From a virus, in the IMG/VR virus record IMGVR_UViG_3300027798_000035, positions 8,264 to 72,263 of that record: 64,000 nt of DNA, one strand, 5' to 3'. Under the pieces are notes generated by a model. It was not told where the DNA came from. It made no database searches and saw only the letters and a program-made list of their open reading frames with translations. A program made the translations under genes and the position numbers. Shown piece by piece: positions 18,461-28,747 of the stretch; the stretch's first letter is position 1; each line of letters begins with the position of its first letter.

Positions 18461-21144
18461 TATGCACTCCTCATATTCTTTAATCGCATTTCGCGCTCAA
18501 TAATCATTGTTACCTCACGGGCAATTACCTGTGCATCAGCCTGTGGGTTACCGCTTCCGTTTACATTAATGATTGGAGCAATATTAAAAGTCGCCCCAGT
18601 TGTTAAAGTAGAAATACTCGTGCCGCTACCTTGCGCTGAGGAACGCATATCAGGGTCACCGCTGTCACTAAATCCTGCGTTTGTAACCACCTGTCGGGCG
18701 GCGTCAGCGTTAGTGCTATACATTGGGTCCTTACCCTTATAAGAACCCCATGCATAAAAGTCTTTACCGCCAGACATTTGGAAGGCGGCTTTCATATTTG
18801 CTGCTGGGTCATACAGGTCTTCATTACTAGAAAGACCAAATTGCTTAAGACGCGCTGGACCAAGATTACCCAACATGTTGATCTGCATGAGACCATACGA
18901 CAAGTCTTTGGTGGCGGCGTTAGGGTTATATGACCCAGCGTTCCACCTACTTTCACGGTAGGCAATAGCAACTGCTTTAACTAGGTTCTCACCACGGAAT
19001 CCAGCGTTGTATGCATATCGTGCTACATCTTCACCAGTTAATTGACCGCCAGCCTTAGTGGGTGCAGTTGCTGTACCACCAACACCACCTCGTCGCCGTG
19101 GACTTCCTCTGCCACCACTTAGCCCAGTAGAGCCAAGGAACCCACTTGCGCGAAAAGCAGAGATAGCGTCAGCCATACTCATACCCGCAAAAGATGCAGT
19201 GGTTACTCCTGAAGTTGTGGTGTTGCCACCGCCATAGGAGTTACTGGCATGCTCAGTCTTTCCTGATGGACCACTTCCTGATGACATGGGTTCACCACCC
19301 CATGGTCGCCCCTGTTTTTCGTATTCAGTACGACCGTTAGGAAGTTCCGATGGCTGGACATGCCAAGGCTCCCCCATACTGTCAAAGTGCTTCAAACCAA
19401 ATCGGGCGGCGTTAGCGGTAACCCATGCCAAGTCGCCAGTTAAGTCAGCGGCAAGACCAATTTCGTGCATTGATCGCCCAGGAGGAGCGGCCTGAGCGCC
19501 ACTCACATGCTCCCAGTAAGAACCATCCCATTCCCAGTTTTTCTTACCATTAGAATCAACGGCGCTACTTGTCTTACGGTAACGCGAGCGGAACATAGTT
19601 TCCTGCTCGGCCTTACTACGATAACCCGTACCAATACCGACCTTGCCACCTGATGCCGCAATTAGTTGATCAACTCGTTGTTGCATTGTGGGGTGCATTT
19701 TTCCTGAGCCACCAGAGGGTCCTGGATCACCAGTTCTACCGATTGACGGTAGGTTACGACCGGGACCTGGGTCACCATCCATGGCGCTACCAACCGCAGT
19801 TGCGGCGGCACCAATTAGCATTAGTGGTACACCAACAGCGGCTCCAGCGCCAGTAGCAGACAAAGCCGCACCAGCCATCATTGCGGCTGGGCCTACTGCC
19901 TTAAGTGCACCACCAGCCAACTTACGGTTAGGTTTGGTCTCAATGCCTTTACCAATAATCCCTGAGAGCCTGGATTCAAGTCTCCCAAACATCTGTTCAA
20001 GACTCTGAGTTGCCTTTTCAAGTTTGGCAAAGTTGTCCTGTTGAGTACCATAAAAGTCTTCTTCACGGTTAGTTTTAACCTTCATGGTTTCTTCAATTTG
20101 AGTAGAGAAGTTATCCTCAATACCCATCATCTGCCGCTGGCTTTTACTGGCTGGGTCATACATACCCTTGCCACCCTTGGCACCATATTGTTGGTTTGCC
20201 ATGGCATATTGAATAACTAAATCTTGAGTTGCAGAGTCAACACCCATGTCTGCCAAGCGGGAGCGCGTGTTACTACCCTGCTGTAATGCTCCACCAGGGT
20301 TTTTAAGGTTCATCAAACCTGACGACCTTGCTAGGTTTTGAATAACCTCAGTACCGCTACGCTGACCACCACCTGGCTTGTACAGACTTTGACCAGTCAT
20401 CATAAACATACGGTTAGTGGTTTGGGCGCTACCCAAACTAGTAAGCATGTTAGTTACTCCTTGGGAACCAAGGCTATATCCCGATAGGGCGTTTAGACCT
20501 TCAACGGTAGAAGCATTACCGAGGGCACTAATACCAGTAGAAGCCTGCATTGCCATTAGATTATTAATACCACCTTCACCAAGGCGATAGTTAGTTAATG
20601 GTTGGCGATAGGCATTACGAACACCAGCGTTACTGAGACCAGTAATCTGTTGGTACATAACCGACATCTTGTCAGCGGATGAGGAGTACTCATAACCGCG
20701 CGCAATACGCGAATCCATTGCCCCAACACCAGCACCGATTACATTACCAACAGCCATTGCCCCCATGGCAATACCGCCCCCAGGGCTTTGTTGCAGCATC
20801 TGCATTGCAGACATACGACCGCCACCACTTGCGTATGGATTAAGGCTGTAGTTAGTGTTACTGCCAGTGGTAGATGCTGGTCCACTGTTAACCAGCACTG
20901 GGTGTCCTTGCGATCCCTGAGCAACGCCAGTGGTGACGCCCCCAGTAGTGCCAGCAGTAATACCCTTTAGAGCCGCGGCGGCCTTAGTTCCCTTAGAAGT
21001 AATGGCATCTAATGATCTAGCAACACCAGCAAGAGCAACCGATAATGCGGTGGCCTCTTGCGTCATCTTTGCAAGACGACCTTTTCCACCAGTAATGCTA
21101 GGGGTAGGTGTAGAACCGTTTCCCGCTATGTTTGGTTCTGTCAT
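18460..21144 (-). CDS. Tape measure protein with M15 peptidase and lytic transglycosylase domains
   Basis: Ala/Gly-rich N-terminus and TM segments; GYRS...SMHEIGLAAD...EPWH (M15); RESRWN...YGLMQIN (SLT/lysozyme-like). Confidence 0.88.
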   Translation of the reverse strand: MTEPNIAGNGSTPTPSITGGKGRLAKMTQEATALSVALAGVARSLDAITSKGTKAAAALKGITAGTTGGVTTGVAQGSQGHPVLVNSGPASTTGSNTNYSLNPYASGGGRMSAMQMLQQSPGGGIAMGAMAVGNVIGAGVGAMDSRIARGYEYSSSADKMSVMYQQITGLSNAGVRNAYRQPLTNYRLGEGGINNLMAMQASTGISALGNASTVEGLNALSGYSLGSQGVTNMLTSLGSAQTTNRMFMMTGQSLYKPGGGQRSGTEVIQNLARSSGLMNLKNPGGALQQGSNTRSRLADMGVDSATQDLVIQYAMANQQYGAKGGKGMYDPASKSQRQMMGIEDNFSTQIEETMKVKTNREEDFYGTQQDNFAKLEKATQSLEQMFGRLESRLSGIIGKGIETKPNRKLAGGALKAVGPAAMMAGAALSATGAGAAVGVPLMLIGAAATAVGSAMDGDPGPGRNLPSIGRTGDPGPSGGSGKMHPTMQQRVDQLIAASGGKVGIGTGYRSKAEQETMFRSRYRKTSSAVDSNGKKNWEWDGSYWEHVSGAQAAPPGRSMHEIGLAADLTGDLAWVTANAARFGLKHFDSMGEPWHVQPSELPNGRTEYEKQGRPWGGEPMSSGSGPSGKTEHASNSYGGGNTTTSGVTTASFAGMSMADAISAFRASGFLGSTGLSGGRGSPRRRGGVGGTATAPTKAGGQLTGEDVARYAYNAGFRGENLVKAVAIAYRESRWNAGSYNPNAATKDLSYGLMQINMLGNLGPARLKQFGLSSNEDLYDPAANMKAAFQMSGGKDFYAWGSYKGKDPMYSTNADAARQVVTNAGFSDSGDPDMRSSAQGSGTSISTLTTGATFNIAPIINVNGSGNPQADAQVIAREVTMIIEREMRLKNMRSA

Positions 21145-21146
21145 GA

Positions 21147-21293
21147 CTACCCTCCATTACTTTGCCACCGTGCTAACTTTCCCCAGAACAGCCGTTCTCT
21201 GACGGGCATGTTCTTTATCTCGTTTAAAGAAAATCCTTTGTAGACAGTGGCTATGGAGTTGTATTCCCAGTATATATTATCAATATTAACCAA
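21147..21293 (-). CDS. Small tail/hub assembly chaperone ORF, possible frameshift extension
   Basis: LVNIDNIYWEYNSIATVYKGFSLNEIKNMPVRERLFW...; overlaps the upstream stop; no clear RBS. Confidence 0.65.
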   Translation of the reverse strand: MVNIDNIYWEYNSIATVYKGFSLNEIKNMPVRERLFWGKLARWQSNGG

Positions 21294-22056
21294 ATAAAAG
21301 TGAGACCCAGTCAAACATCAATGTAATCTCTTCACCACAGTGTCCGCACGGAGCATTCACCTCCCGAGGACTCGGGCCAACTTTGGCGTTGAATACTGCA
21401 CTGATAATGGTAGAACGATCCGCAATGCTTAGACTTCGTGCCCATTGTTCTTTGTTAGACACATCAATCTGAGCGCAACGGGCGATCATCATGGTATTTT
21501 GTTGGGCTGTATTTTTACCTGAACGACCAATCCGTGCGCTGTCATCCGAGTTAGGGTGATTCAAGATAAGTGTTGAACCATCCCTGAGGATAACTTTGAT
21601 CTCCTTACGGGCTGATTCCTGATCTCCCTCAATTGGGAAGTCGGAATTCAGGTCAATAAGTAGATCGTTTGACTGGTTGCAATGCGGGCACGAGACTTTG
21701 AATTCTCGCGTTTCACCGTATGTGGCACGGATAACTGCCAAGAATAGTAGGTCACGGTCCCCAATAATTAACTCGTTGAGAACTGCTGGAGTTTGCTTAA
21801 CTGAAATGTCACCAATTGAGACAACAACGCGCTTCAACAAGGCAAGTACATACTCACCATAGTTAGAAGTCGTTCGGGCTTCCATACTGGAAAGGAACTC
21901 TTCGTCCTCACCAGTCATTTCCCGAACGATTGCATTTGTAATCCAATCACTTCCTAATTGAATTCCACGAATAAGTTCAACACCTGTGTTGGGTGACTTA
22001 GTTATGGTTGGCGCACTCTCCGTAGAGATAGCGTCAAAACTTTGTACATCTTTCAT
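21286..22056 (-). CDS. Baseplate hub/tail assembly chaperone (T4 gp26-like)
   Basis: VREMTGEDEE, GDRDLL..IR..TYG, CPHC and CGHC. Confidence 0.8.
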   Translation of the reverse strand: MKDVQSFDAISTESAPTITKSPNTGVELIRGIQLGSDWITNAIVREMTGEDEEFLSSMEARTTSNYGEYVLALLKRVVVSIGDISVKQTPAVLNELIIGDRDLLFLAVIRATYGETREFKVSCPHCNQSNDLLIDLNSDFPIEGDQESARKEIKVILRDGSTLILNHPNSDDSARIGRSGKNTAQQNTMMIARCAQIDVSNKEQWARSLSIADRSTIISAVFNAKVGPSPREVNAPCGHCGEEITLMFDWVSLLFG

Positions 22057-22109
22057 ATAATGCTCCTTGTTAATTACTTTTAATGTAGCACTCTAATAAG
22101 GGTTATGCA

Positions 22110-22715
22110 TCAGGTTGGGTCCCAATTAATTTCAAAACCTTCATGGTTAACTGTCATCTGCTGGATCATGATTGAACTGTTACCAGCATTGAGGTCACCT
22201 AATGCAAAACCAGCGGGCCAAGCGTTGTAAATTGTGAATTCAAGTTTCTTGTTTCCAGGAACAACATTACGACCAGACGAACCTGGATCAATTGCATAGC
22301 CAGCGTTACCGCTACCATCTGCTGCTGCCGCCGAGAACGGGTGGTCATAAACGGTAACAATAATGTTACAACGGTAATCATTACGACTGCCAGTGCTACC
22401 AGTATTGTCAGCAAGAGCGCCTTGGGTCCAGGAATGCATAAATTGCTGCCAGCGCCACAACTGATCCTGCTTTTCAAACACACCACGGCTAAATGTAATG
22501 GGGTTGAAGTCAGACTGACCAATCATCTTGTGAGGATGAGTATTCATACCACCTTCACGATAAGGGATCATTTCGTTGGTAACACTTAGTCCAGTAACAA
22601 CGGCAAAACCAAGGTTGCCGATACCCGTGGTAGCGTCTTCCAGTTCCCCTGTTGGGATAATTTTTACCGTGAATTTAAAGTCACGCAATGGATCGGTACG
22701 AGTTAAAACTGCCAT
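22110..22715 (-). CDS. Tail tube protein (T4 gp19-like)
   Basis: DPLRDFKF, YREGGMN, ITFSRGV, NAWP, HEGF. Confidence 0.92.
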   Translation of the reverse strand: MAVLTRTDPLRDFKFTVKIIPTGELEDATTGIGNLGFAVVTGLSVTNEMIPYREGGMNTHPHKMIGQSDFNPITFSRGVFEKQDQLWRWQQFMHSWTQGALADNTGSTGSRNDYRCNIIVTVYDHPFSAAAADGSGNAGYAIDPGSSGRNVVPGNKKLEFTIYNAWPAGFALGDLNAGNSSIMIQQMTVNHEGFEINWDPT

Positions 22716-22723
22716 GTTTCTCC

Positions 22724-24286
22724 TTAGATAGTTTCAATGGTGGTAGTTCCACCAAGCCATTGACTTACATTAATAACAATAAATTCTGCTGGGTACAACA
22801 ATGACACACCGATTTGTATATTCACTTGTCCGTTATCAATAGATGTCTGTGTGTTATTTGTGGAGTCACACACAACATAGAACGCTTCGCTTGGAGTACG
22901 ACCCTTAAGTCCACCTGATCCCCATAGGTCAGCCAGGAACTTATTAAGTTTTCCAGTAATACTTGCCCACAAACGCGAATCGTTGGGTTCAAAGATGGCA
23001 AACTTAGTGAGGTCTTTTGAACCATTCTTGACATAGTTCAGAGTACGGCGTACGGGGATGTACTTGTCAGGCTTAGTTAAGTTCAAGGTACGGGCACCCT
23101 GGATAATGATTCCAGCACCAGGCACTGCCTTAAAGGTATTGACACCTGAGTCATACAGCAAGCCGACTGTTGCTTCTGAGAATGTGGTAACAAGCCCGAG
23201 AGCGTTACGAACTTCAAGGCTGTAACCTGCGGGGGCTTTAGCAATTGTGCGCTCTACTTCAGTACGGGCAAACATACCAGCGACTGCACCGCCTGGGAAT
23301 GTATTACGGATTGCTCCGACACCAGTCTTAGTGGGGTCAGTCATTATCAACATTGGGTAGTACATTGCGCCATAACCCTGATTAGCATTATAGGTGTTAG
23401 CCACTCCCGAGATATCAACCTGTGTGGTTAGTGCTGGGTTTGGGTCAATGACTACAAACGAGTCTCCGCGAGTATAGGCAATCGCAAGAGCCTTCTTAAC
23501 AATTTCGGAACGGAACTGCCCAACTGCATTGATAATGAGGGGCTCAGGAATATCAACCAATTTATCAAGAGCGGCGGAAAACGGGATGTCCCAGTCTGCT
23601 GGGGCCGCTTCTCCAGCAGCGGCTGCTCCTTCAGTTCCACCAGTAAGTGACTTTGTAACAAATCCAGAAACGCTTGCGTTGCTGTAACTGAATCCAGCAG
23701 ATGCTGATGTCTGTGCAACAAAGTTAGTGATCTTCACATACGAAGAATATGTGTTAACAACAGTTGGTGCGTAACGGCTACTGCTTGGTGATGGACTGAG
23801 TTCATTCCATGATTCAACCTCTGAACCATTCAATGATACCGACAAGTTAAATGTTGGGAAAGTATTTGTAGCCACATCCAACGGCGTAGTGCCAGCAGCC
23901 GTAGTCAACGAGATGTTGTTACCAAAGGTGCCTGGATCAAGAGCCGAGGCGCTAAACAAGGATGCTGATGCAGTACCCGTATTTGCCTTGTAATACATAA
24001 CCGAACTAGCAGTGGCGGTAACCGCATTAGCGTAGGCGGCACGAGATGCATAGCAACTACGACCACCATTGGCGAAGAACTGGTATACGGCATATCCCAA
24101 GTCGTAAGCCTGATTCAAATCACCAAACTGTGCGGTGTATGAAGACCATGAAGTAATCATGGTTGGGGTAAGCGGTCCACGAGAGTTAAGACCAACAAAA
24201 GCCGCAGTAGCGGTCCCATTGTCTGCTCGTACGATTGTCTTTAACGGAGATTCTGTTACATAGACTCCGGGGCGGGTATAAGCCAT
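22724..24286 (-). CDS. Tail sheath protein
   Basis: RPGVYVTE, FFANGG, KAPAG, GARTL, YIPVRR, FEPND, PAEFI. Confidence 0.96.
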   Translation of the reverse strand: MAYTRPGVYVTESPLKTIVRADNGTATAAFVGLNSRGPLTPTMITSWSSYTAQFGDLNQAYDLGYAVYQFFANGGRSCYASRAAYANAVTATASSVMYYKANTGTASASLFSASALDPGTFGNNISLTTAAGTTPLDVATNTFPTFNLSVSLNGSEVESWNELSPSPSSSRYAPTVVNTYSSYVKITNFVAQTSASAGFSYSNASVSGFVTKSLTGGTEGAAAAGEAAPADWDIPFSAALDKLVDIPEPLIINAVGQFRSEIVKKALAIAYTRGDSFVVIDPNPALTTQVDISGVANTYNANQGYGAMYYPMLIMTDPTKTGVGAIRNTFPGGAVAGMFARTEVERTIAKAPAGYSLEVRNALGLVTTFSEATVGLLYDSGVNTFKAVPGAGIIIQGARTLNLTKPDKYIPVRRTLNYVKNGSKDLTKFAIFEPNDSRLWASITGKLNKFLADLWGSGGLKGRTPSEAFYVVCDSTNNTQTSIDNGQVNIQIGVSLLYPAEFIVINVSQWLGGTTTIETI

Positions 24287-24308
24287 GAGTAATCCTCCAG
24301 TGGATTAA

Positions 24309-24989
24309 TTAATAGGTTTCGGTCAGATTGGAGTTTGTATTAGAAATACTACTACTAATTGTGGCGACTCGCTTAGAGGCTACCATACTCGTAGTTGTCA
24401 TTTCTGCGGACAATTTTAGTGTATATACTTTTCTAAATATCCTCTTTCGGTAGCCAGCCTCAGGGTCAAGAAGGTCGGCTGTAACCCAATCAAGGAGATC
24501 AAATCTGCGGATGGTTCCATCCTCAGGTACATCTATGAAGCCATAGCGCAAACGAGCGCGGTTATGGAGCATTTGAGAACTTAGTTGGCGATCATGCAAA
24601 GCAGAGCGCGTGTATGTAGATACCTGGTACAGGATGTCTACTGGCAAGAATTCCGTGGTAGTAACCACAGGAGCAGACGCGGAAAATTGCGTAAAGTTAT
24701 GATGCTCGCTAGGCCAGTATTCAAGAGAATTTGGTCCTGTGTATTGTAAGGAAGCGGCCCCACTAGTAGATGCATACAACTGGACTTCTGAATGCTGGCG
24801 GTCCAAGGCATGAACAATGTCAATCATTTCAATAGTAATAAATGGGTAAGTACGCTCTGTGTCACCCTCAGGGTAACGGAAGAACACCTGTACGGGTCGT
24901 GCCGCATTTTTATCATCGGTAACGGTCATTCCCGAGAAACGGGTTTTTACGGCAGCATCTTCTGCCAAGAGGAATCCAGGGTTGGGCAT
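24309..24989 (-). CDS. Putative tail terminator/neck protein
   Basis: YPFITIE motif; immediately upstream of the sheath gene. Confidence 0.6.
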   Translation of the reverse strand: MPNPGFLLAEDAAVKTRFSGMTVTDDKNAARPVQVFFRYPEGDTERTYPFITIEMIDIVHALDRQHSEVQLYASTSGAASLQYTGPNSLEYWPSEHHNFTQFSASAPVVTTTEFLPVDILYQVSTYTRSALHDRQLSSQMLHNRARLRYGFIDVPEDGTIRRFDLLDWVTADLLDPEAGYRKRIFRKVYTLKLSAEMTTTSMVASKRVATISSSISNTNSNLTETY

Positions 24990-25396
24990 TACATAACCTC
25001 GGTTAGGGCATTGTCAATGATTTTAGCAAGAATGTCACCACTATTTGCCATTGAACGGACACGACCACCCGCTGCATTATTAGGTCCACCGTACTCAAGT
25101 TTCATGTACTTTTGCTCAATGTCAGAGCCACCCTGTACGGAATATGAAAGTGATTGACCATCCGTAGAGAGTCCAACCATAAGGTGGGGGGCAACTTCAG
25201 CCCACTCGGGAAACATACCTAAATTAGAGCGCGCTTCTTTTTCATACTGTTTAATGCCATTCATAACGGACCTACTAAATTTATTATCCTTGCCATTAAA
25301 GGCTTCAACCATCTGAACAATGGGGTCGTCTTCGGAGATAGGTATTAGTGAGTCTTTATTCGCCATAGATTTGATACCAAAGGTATAGAAAGACAT
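24989..25396 (-). CDS. Putative tail completion/neck protein
   Basis: AAAGGAGG RBS; LEYG motif; position. Confidence 0.5.
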   Translation of the reverse strand: MSFYTFGIKSMANKDSLIPISEDDPIVQMVEAFNGKDNKFSRSVMNGIKQYEKEARSNLGMFPEWAEVAPHLMVGLSTDGQSLSYSVQGGSDIEQKYMKLEYGGPNNAAGGRVRSMANSGDILAKIIDNALTEVM

Positions 25397-25459
25397 AACT
25401 ACCTCCTTTGAGAATCTAGGCAATGTACATTGAAGACGCGCATCTCCAATACATGCATT

Positions 25460-25999
25460 TTATCCTAAATTTGCTATTGATGTAGGCCAAGGAAGGTTAG
25501 ATACTGAATAAGCCGCGGGACCAGGATCATTGACCATTTCCTGTGAGATATAGGTTTCAATACCTTCAACAACAAGCATGACATCATCTCGCGCTCGCCC
25601 ACGGACTCGGTAGGACACCACGCTGAAATAACGCCCGTCATACTGGAACATATCGTTAAGACGGTTTTGGTATTCCCAAGGGGCAGAAATACCAGCGGCT
25701 CGGAAGTCATCAATAGACGCCACAAAGTTAGTCAATTGAGTGGGTTGACGGCCCTCAGGAATAGCGCGCTTCTGATCCTCAGATTCCGTGATCATTAGGA
25801 CAGGAACGACTACACCAGCCTTGTAGCGACGACCACCATTACCATAGGTACCTTCGTCGTAAACATCGTCGTAGAGGCTGGATGCTGAGGCGCTAGTGCC
25901 CAATGGTACAAACTCATACCATACGATGGCTTCACCAGCCTGAGAATGGTACGAGCGGTAATGCTTCCTGATGACGGATAACTCTCTGCGGACATCCAT
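25460..25999 (-). CDS. Putative head closure protein
   Basis: DDVYDEG...D.FQYDGRYF; position in the head-tail region. Confidence 0.55.
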   Translation of the reverse strand: MDVRRELSVIRKHYRSYHSQAGEAIVWYEFVPLGTSASASSLYDDVYDEGTYGNGGRRYKAGVVVPVLMITESEDQKRAIPEGRQPTQLTNFVASIDDFRAAGISAPWEYQNRLNDMFQYDGRYFSVVSYRVRGRARDDVMLVVEGIETYISQEMVNDPGPAAYSVSNLPWPTSIANLG

Positions 26000-26004
26000 G
26001 GTTA

Positions 26005-26805
26005 TCAGTAATACGCGATGTTAGAGAATGATCCAGTAGGAATTGCGCCATCAATAAGAACATCCGTACGGAGTTCTTCCTTCTTAATCTCAGTTTCCAC
26101 AACCCCAGAGTCAATTTCGGGCCACAAGCGCTCAGGAAATGCGTAGTCCCCAAGTTCACGCGAGCGGTATATAGGTACGAGGTATCCCGTGCTACGAGAG
26201 TTACGGCGCAGAGTAAAGACTTCAACGCGATCAAAACCAATATTAAGGGCGGTGGCATGTCGCTTGTATTCGCCTTCCCATTGAGACAGGAGGGATTGCA
26301 CCATGCGGAAACGCTGGCTGGCTGGAATGTGGATGGACTCTGATGTCATGACATCAATATCACGACTGAACTCAGTCATTAGCGCCCAAAGTGATTCACA
26401 GATCGTAGCAATACCAATGGCATTAATAACAAGATCAGACAGTTCTTCAAGACGGAACCCTAAGTTACTGGTGTGTTTTTCAATGGCCCGCTGGGCGTAA
26501 AAGGTAAGGTCACCTGGGGTAACCCATTCATAATAGTAACCCTCAACTAACAGAGTTGTACTTGATGACAGCGTGTTAGATAATCGGACAACACCATTAC
26601 GGGGGTCAATCGTGTATTCGCTGGGAGCCAATGTTGAGGCTGATCCTGAACCCGAGTACTTGGCAACCCAAATAGTGCTGGTGTCAATGTTGATATGACC
26701 CAACTCATATGTGCGACCTACTACAGGAAATGATACCTGAAAGAACTTCGGAAAGTCCCGTAGATAGGTTCTTGCAATTGTTTCAACATCTGTGATGGTT
26801 GCCAT
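26005..26805 (-). CDS. Putative head-tail adaptor
   Basis: Position; DIDV...IPASQRF motif. Confidence 0.55.
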   Translation of the reverse strand: MATITDVETIARTYLRDFPKFFQVSFPVVGRTYELGHINIDTSTIWVAKYSGSGSASTLAPSEYTIDPRNGVVRLSNTLSSSTTLLVEGYYYEWVTPGDLTFYAQRAIEKHTSNLGFRLEELSDLVINAIGIATICESLWALMTEFSRDIDVMTSESIHIPASQRFRMVQSLLSQWEGEYKRHATALNIGFDRVEVFTLRRNSRSTGYLVPIYRSRELGDYAFPERLWPEIDSGVVETEIKKEELRTDVLIDGAIPTGSFSNIAYY

Positions 26806-26819
26806 GAACACCTATCTTA

Positions 26820-26975
26820 CTATTGATCGCCGGAACCTGCTCCCGGAATTGAGTCTTGGGCGGCCTGATTGACGCCAGGTTGAGTATCACGCAGTCGGTG
26901 GACCATAAAACCGCGCTTCAGAATGATCTGCTCCGCGGCAACATTTTCAATTGGTTCAATAGGTGTATCGCTCAT
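26820..26975 (-). CDS. Hypothetical protein (51 aa), not in ORF track
   Basis: ATGA overlap with the upstream gene; MSDTPIEPIENVAAEQIILKRG... Confidence 0.55.
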   Translation of the reverse strand: MSDTPIEPIENVAAEQIILKRGFMVHRLRDTQPGVNQAAQDSIPGAGSGDQ

Positions 26976-28384
26976 GTGTGGCGAATAAACCAGCGAACGC
27001 GGATGCTCTTAGAAAGGATGCTGAATGCACTAGTGGAACCGTTGCTACTAGTAGTACCTGCAACAGTTCCCACATTAATAGTGGTTGTAGTATCACCAAT
27101 AACGGTGTTTACTGCAATGCTTGTAGGAATAGTAATTGATGCGGTACCGCCAGTACTAGAACTACCAGTAAGTGTATCAGCAGTTGACCTAATAGCCATA
27201 CCATTACTACCTTGCTGACTCCACGGTGGGACTACATATCCTGCGGTATCATAAGTATTTGTAAGAGTTGTAGGAAAAGCCGCATTATTTGCCGATTCAC
27301 CATTATAGGTATAGTGTCTGTGGGCTGTACCACTGACAGAACCAGTTAGCGTGGTAGCAGAGGCAGGGTAACCAGTCTTAGTACCAAAACTTGTTGTTCC
27401 AGACTTATTTCCAACATTGGTGCTATATGTGTGGTCGTGGGCGGGGAGTGTAGACAGGCTTAGAGTAGCCGTGTTTGACGAACTTGCTGTCTTTCCACTG
27501 GTATTAATTTCTGCTGGGCTTGCTCCAACTATACCCGTATCAGTAGTTAAGTTTGGCAGTGAGAATGAGTCACCACTTCCACCAAATGTATAACCAATAG
27601 CATTAAATAATGCTAGATATTGGTTTGAGTTAGCGCTCTTAGAGAGAGACTGACCATTACATTCAAGGTAATAAGTAGAGGAAGGTGAGGCGCTGGTGTT
27701 ATATGTACCAGCAAAAGCAAAGATACTACCAATGGGAATCTTGGCGCCTTCAACATCAGTAGTTGTTGATAACGCCGACCAAACACCCGATGTAGTTTTA
27801 ATGTAGGTAACGCCACCAGAAATAACCGTGTCTCCAATAACATCCTTAGCATTAGAGGTGGGGACAGACGCAGAGGCATAAGTAACGGGCGCTGAGTTTA
27901 CGACGCGTTTATCCACCACATTTGCGGCAGTTAAGGAACCCGATGGGATGCGGTATACGGTAGCAATCAAAACATCAGTACTTGGGTAGTAATTAAACCC
28001 AACTGAGGCACTAGTACCACTAGCAAGAGTATTGATACTCTGGGGTAGCGTAGGGTTAGTATCGCTCTCAGCGCCCGAGATTGAAGTAGTCGTGGCAGTG
28101 CTTCCTGACAGGCGAACTACAATCAGGTCAAAGCGTGTCTGAGTTGCGTCGGCGGGCGTAAAGGAGTTCGCATCAAAAGAATATGGCACTCCATTAATAA
28201 TGGCTACACCAGCGGCAACACTTACTATTGTGCCACTTGAAACCGTAACCCCACCGCCACTGCGAATATAATTCAGGGTATTCCCAAGTGCTTCAAAGTC
28301 AACCGAGTCGGGTTCGGCTTGGTTAATGTTTGAGTACTTGTTAGAGGACCCTGTCGCAGTAGCGTTGGGGACGATCAGTGCCAT
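26972..28384 (-). CDS. Fibre protein with phage tail collar domain
   Basis: PIGSIFAFAG...YLECNGQSLS...LFNAIGYTFGG...FSLPNL; paired HxH motifs. Confidence 0.85.
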   Translation of the reverse strand: MALIVPNATATGSSNKYSNINQAEPDSVDFEALGNTLNYIRSGGGVTVSSGTIVSVAAGVAIINGVPYSFDANSFTPADATQTRFDLIVVRLSGSTATTTSISGAESDTNPTLPQSINTLASGTSASVGFNYYPSTDVLIATVYRIPSGSLTAANVVDKRVVNSAPVTYASASVPTSNAKDVIGDTVISGGVTYIKTTSGVWSALSTTTDVEGAKIPIGSIFAFAGTYNTSASPSSTYYLECNGQSLSKSANSNQYLALFNAIGYTFGGSGDSFSLPNLTTDTGIVGASPAEINTSGKTASSSNTATLSLSTLPAHDHTYSTNVGNKSGTTSFGTKTGYPASATTLTGSVSGTAHRHYTYNGESANNAAFPTTLTNTYDTAGYVVPPWSQQGSNGMAIRSTADTLTGSSSTGGTASITIPTSIAVNTVIGDTTTTINVGTVAGTTSSNGSTSAFSILSKSIRVRWFIRHT

Positions 28385-28392
28385 TAGTTACC

Positions 28393-28662
28393 TCAGAGGG
28401 TGTCGTAGATGTTTGAGTGCTGTACGAGGTATGAGTGGAGGTCGCGTGGGAGTTTGTAACGCTTACCGTCTACAAAATCAAAAGTCTCACGGCCCCAGTA
28501 CATTTTCCATGTACCTTTAACGCGACAAGTGATGTAATCACTTGCTGGTGCGCTGGCCTTAGACTCAGTGACAGCCTTAGGGGTTTCTTCCAAGACTTCC
28601 ACTGTTTCATCAATGTCATCCTGTTGTTCTGCAAAAGCCTGCGTGTTTTTACGCGATGCCAT
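28393..28662 (-). CDS. Hypothetical head-associated protein
   Basis: AGGAG RBS; follows the capsid gene. Confidence 0.65.
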   Translation of the reverse strand: MASRKNTQAFAEQQDDIDETVEVLEETPKAVTESKASAPASDYITCRVKGTWKMYWGRETFDFVDGKRYKLPRDLHSYLVQHSNIYDTL

Positions 28663-28698
28663 GTTTTTCTCCTGTTGTTTGTTGTATGAGATTATTAA

Positions 28699-28722
28699 TG
28701 GTGGGGGATTGCTCCCCCACCA
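28699..28722 (-). terminator. Stem-loop after the major capsid gene (probably a partial terminator)
   Basis: TGGTGGGGGA-GCAA-TCCCCCACCA then TTAATAAT on the minus strand. Confidence 0.7.
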
Positions 28723-28747
28723 CCAACACTAAATTGATCCCGAGGGA

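Noticed and set aside
10936-24989. Bacterial extracellular contractile injection system (eCIS) or tailocin
   Set aside because: Capsid, portal, terminase and replication genes show this is a complete phage
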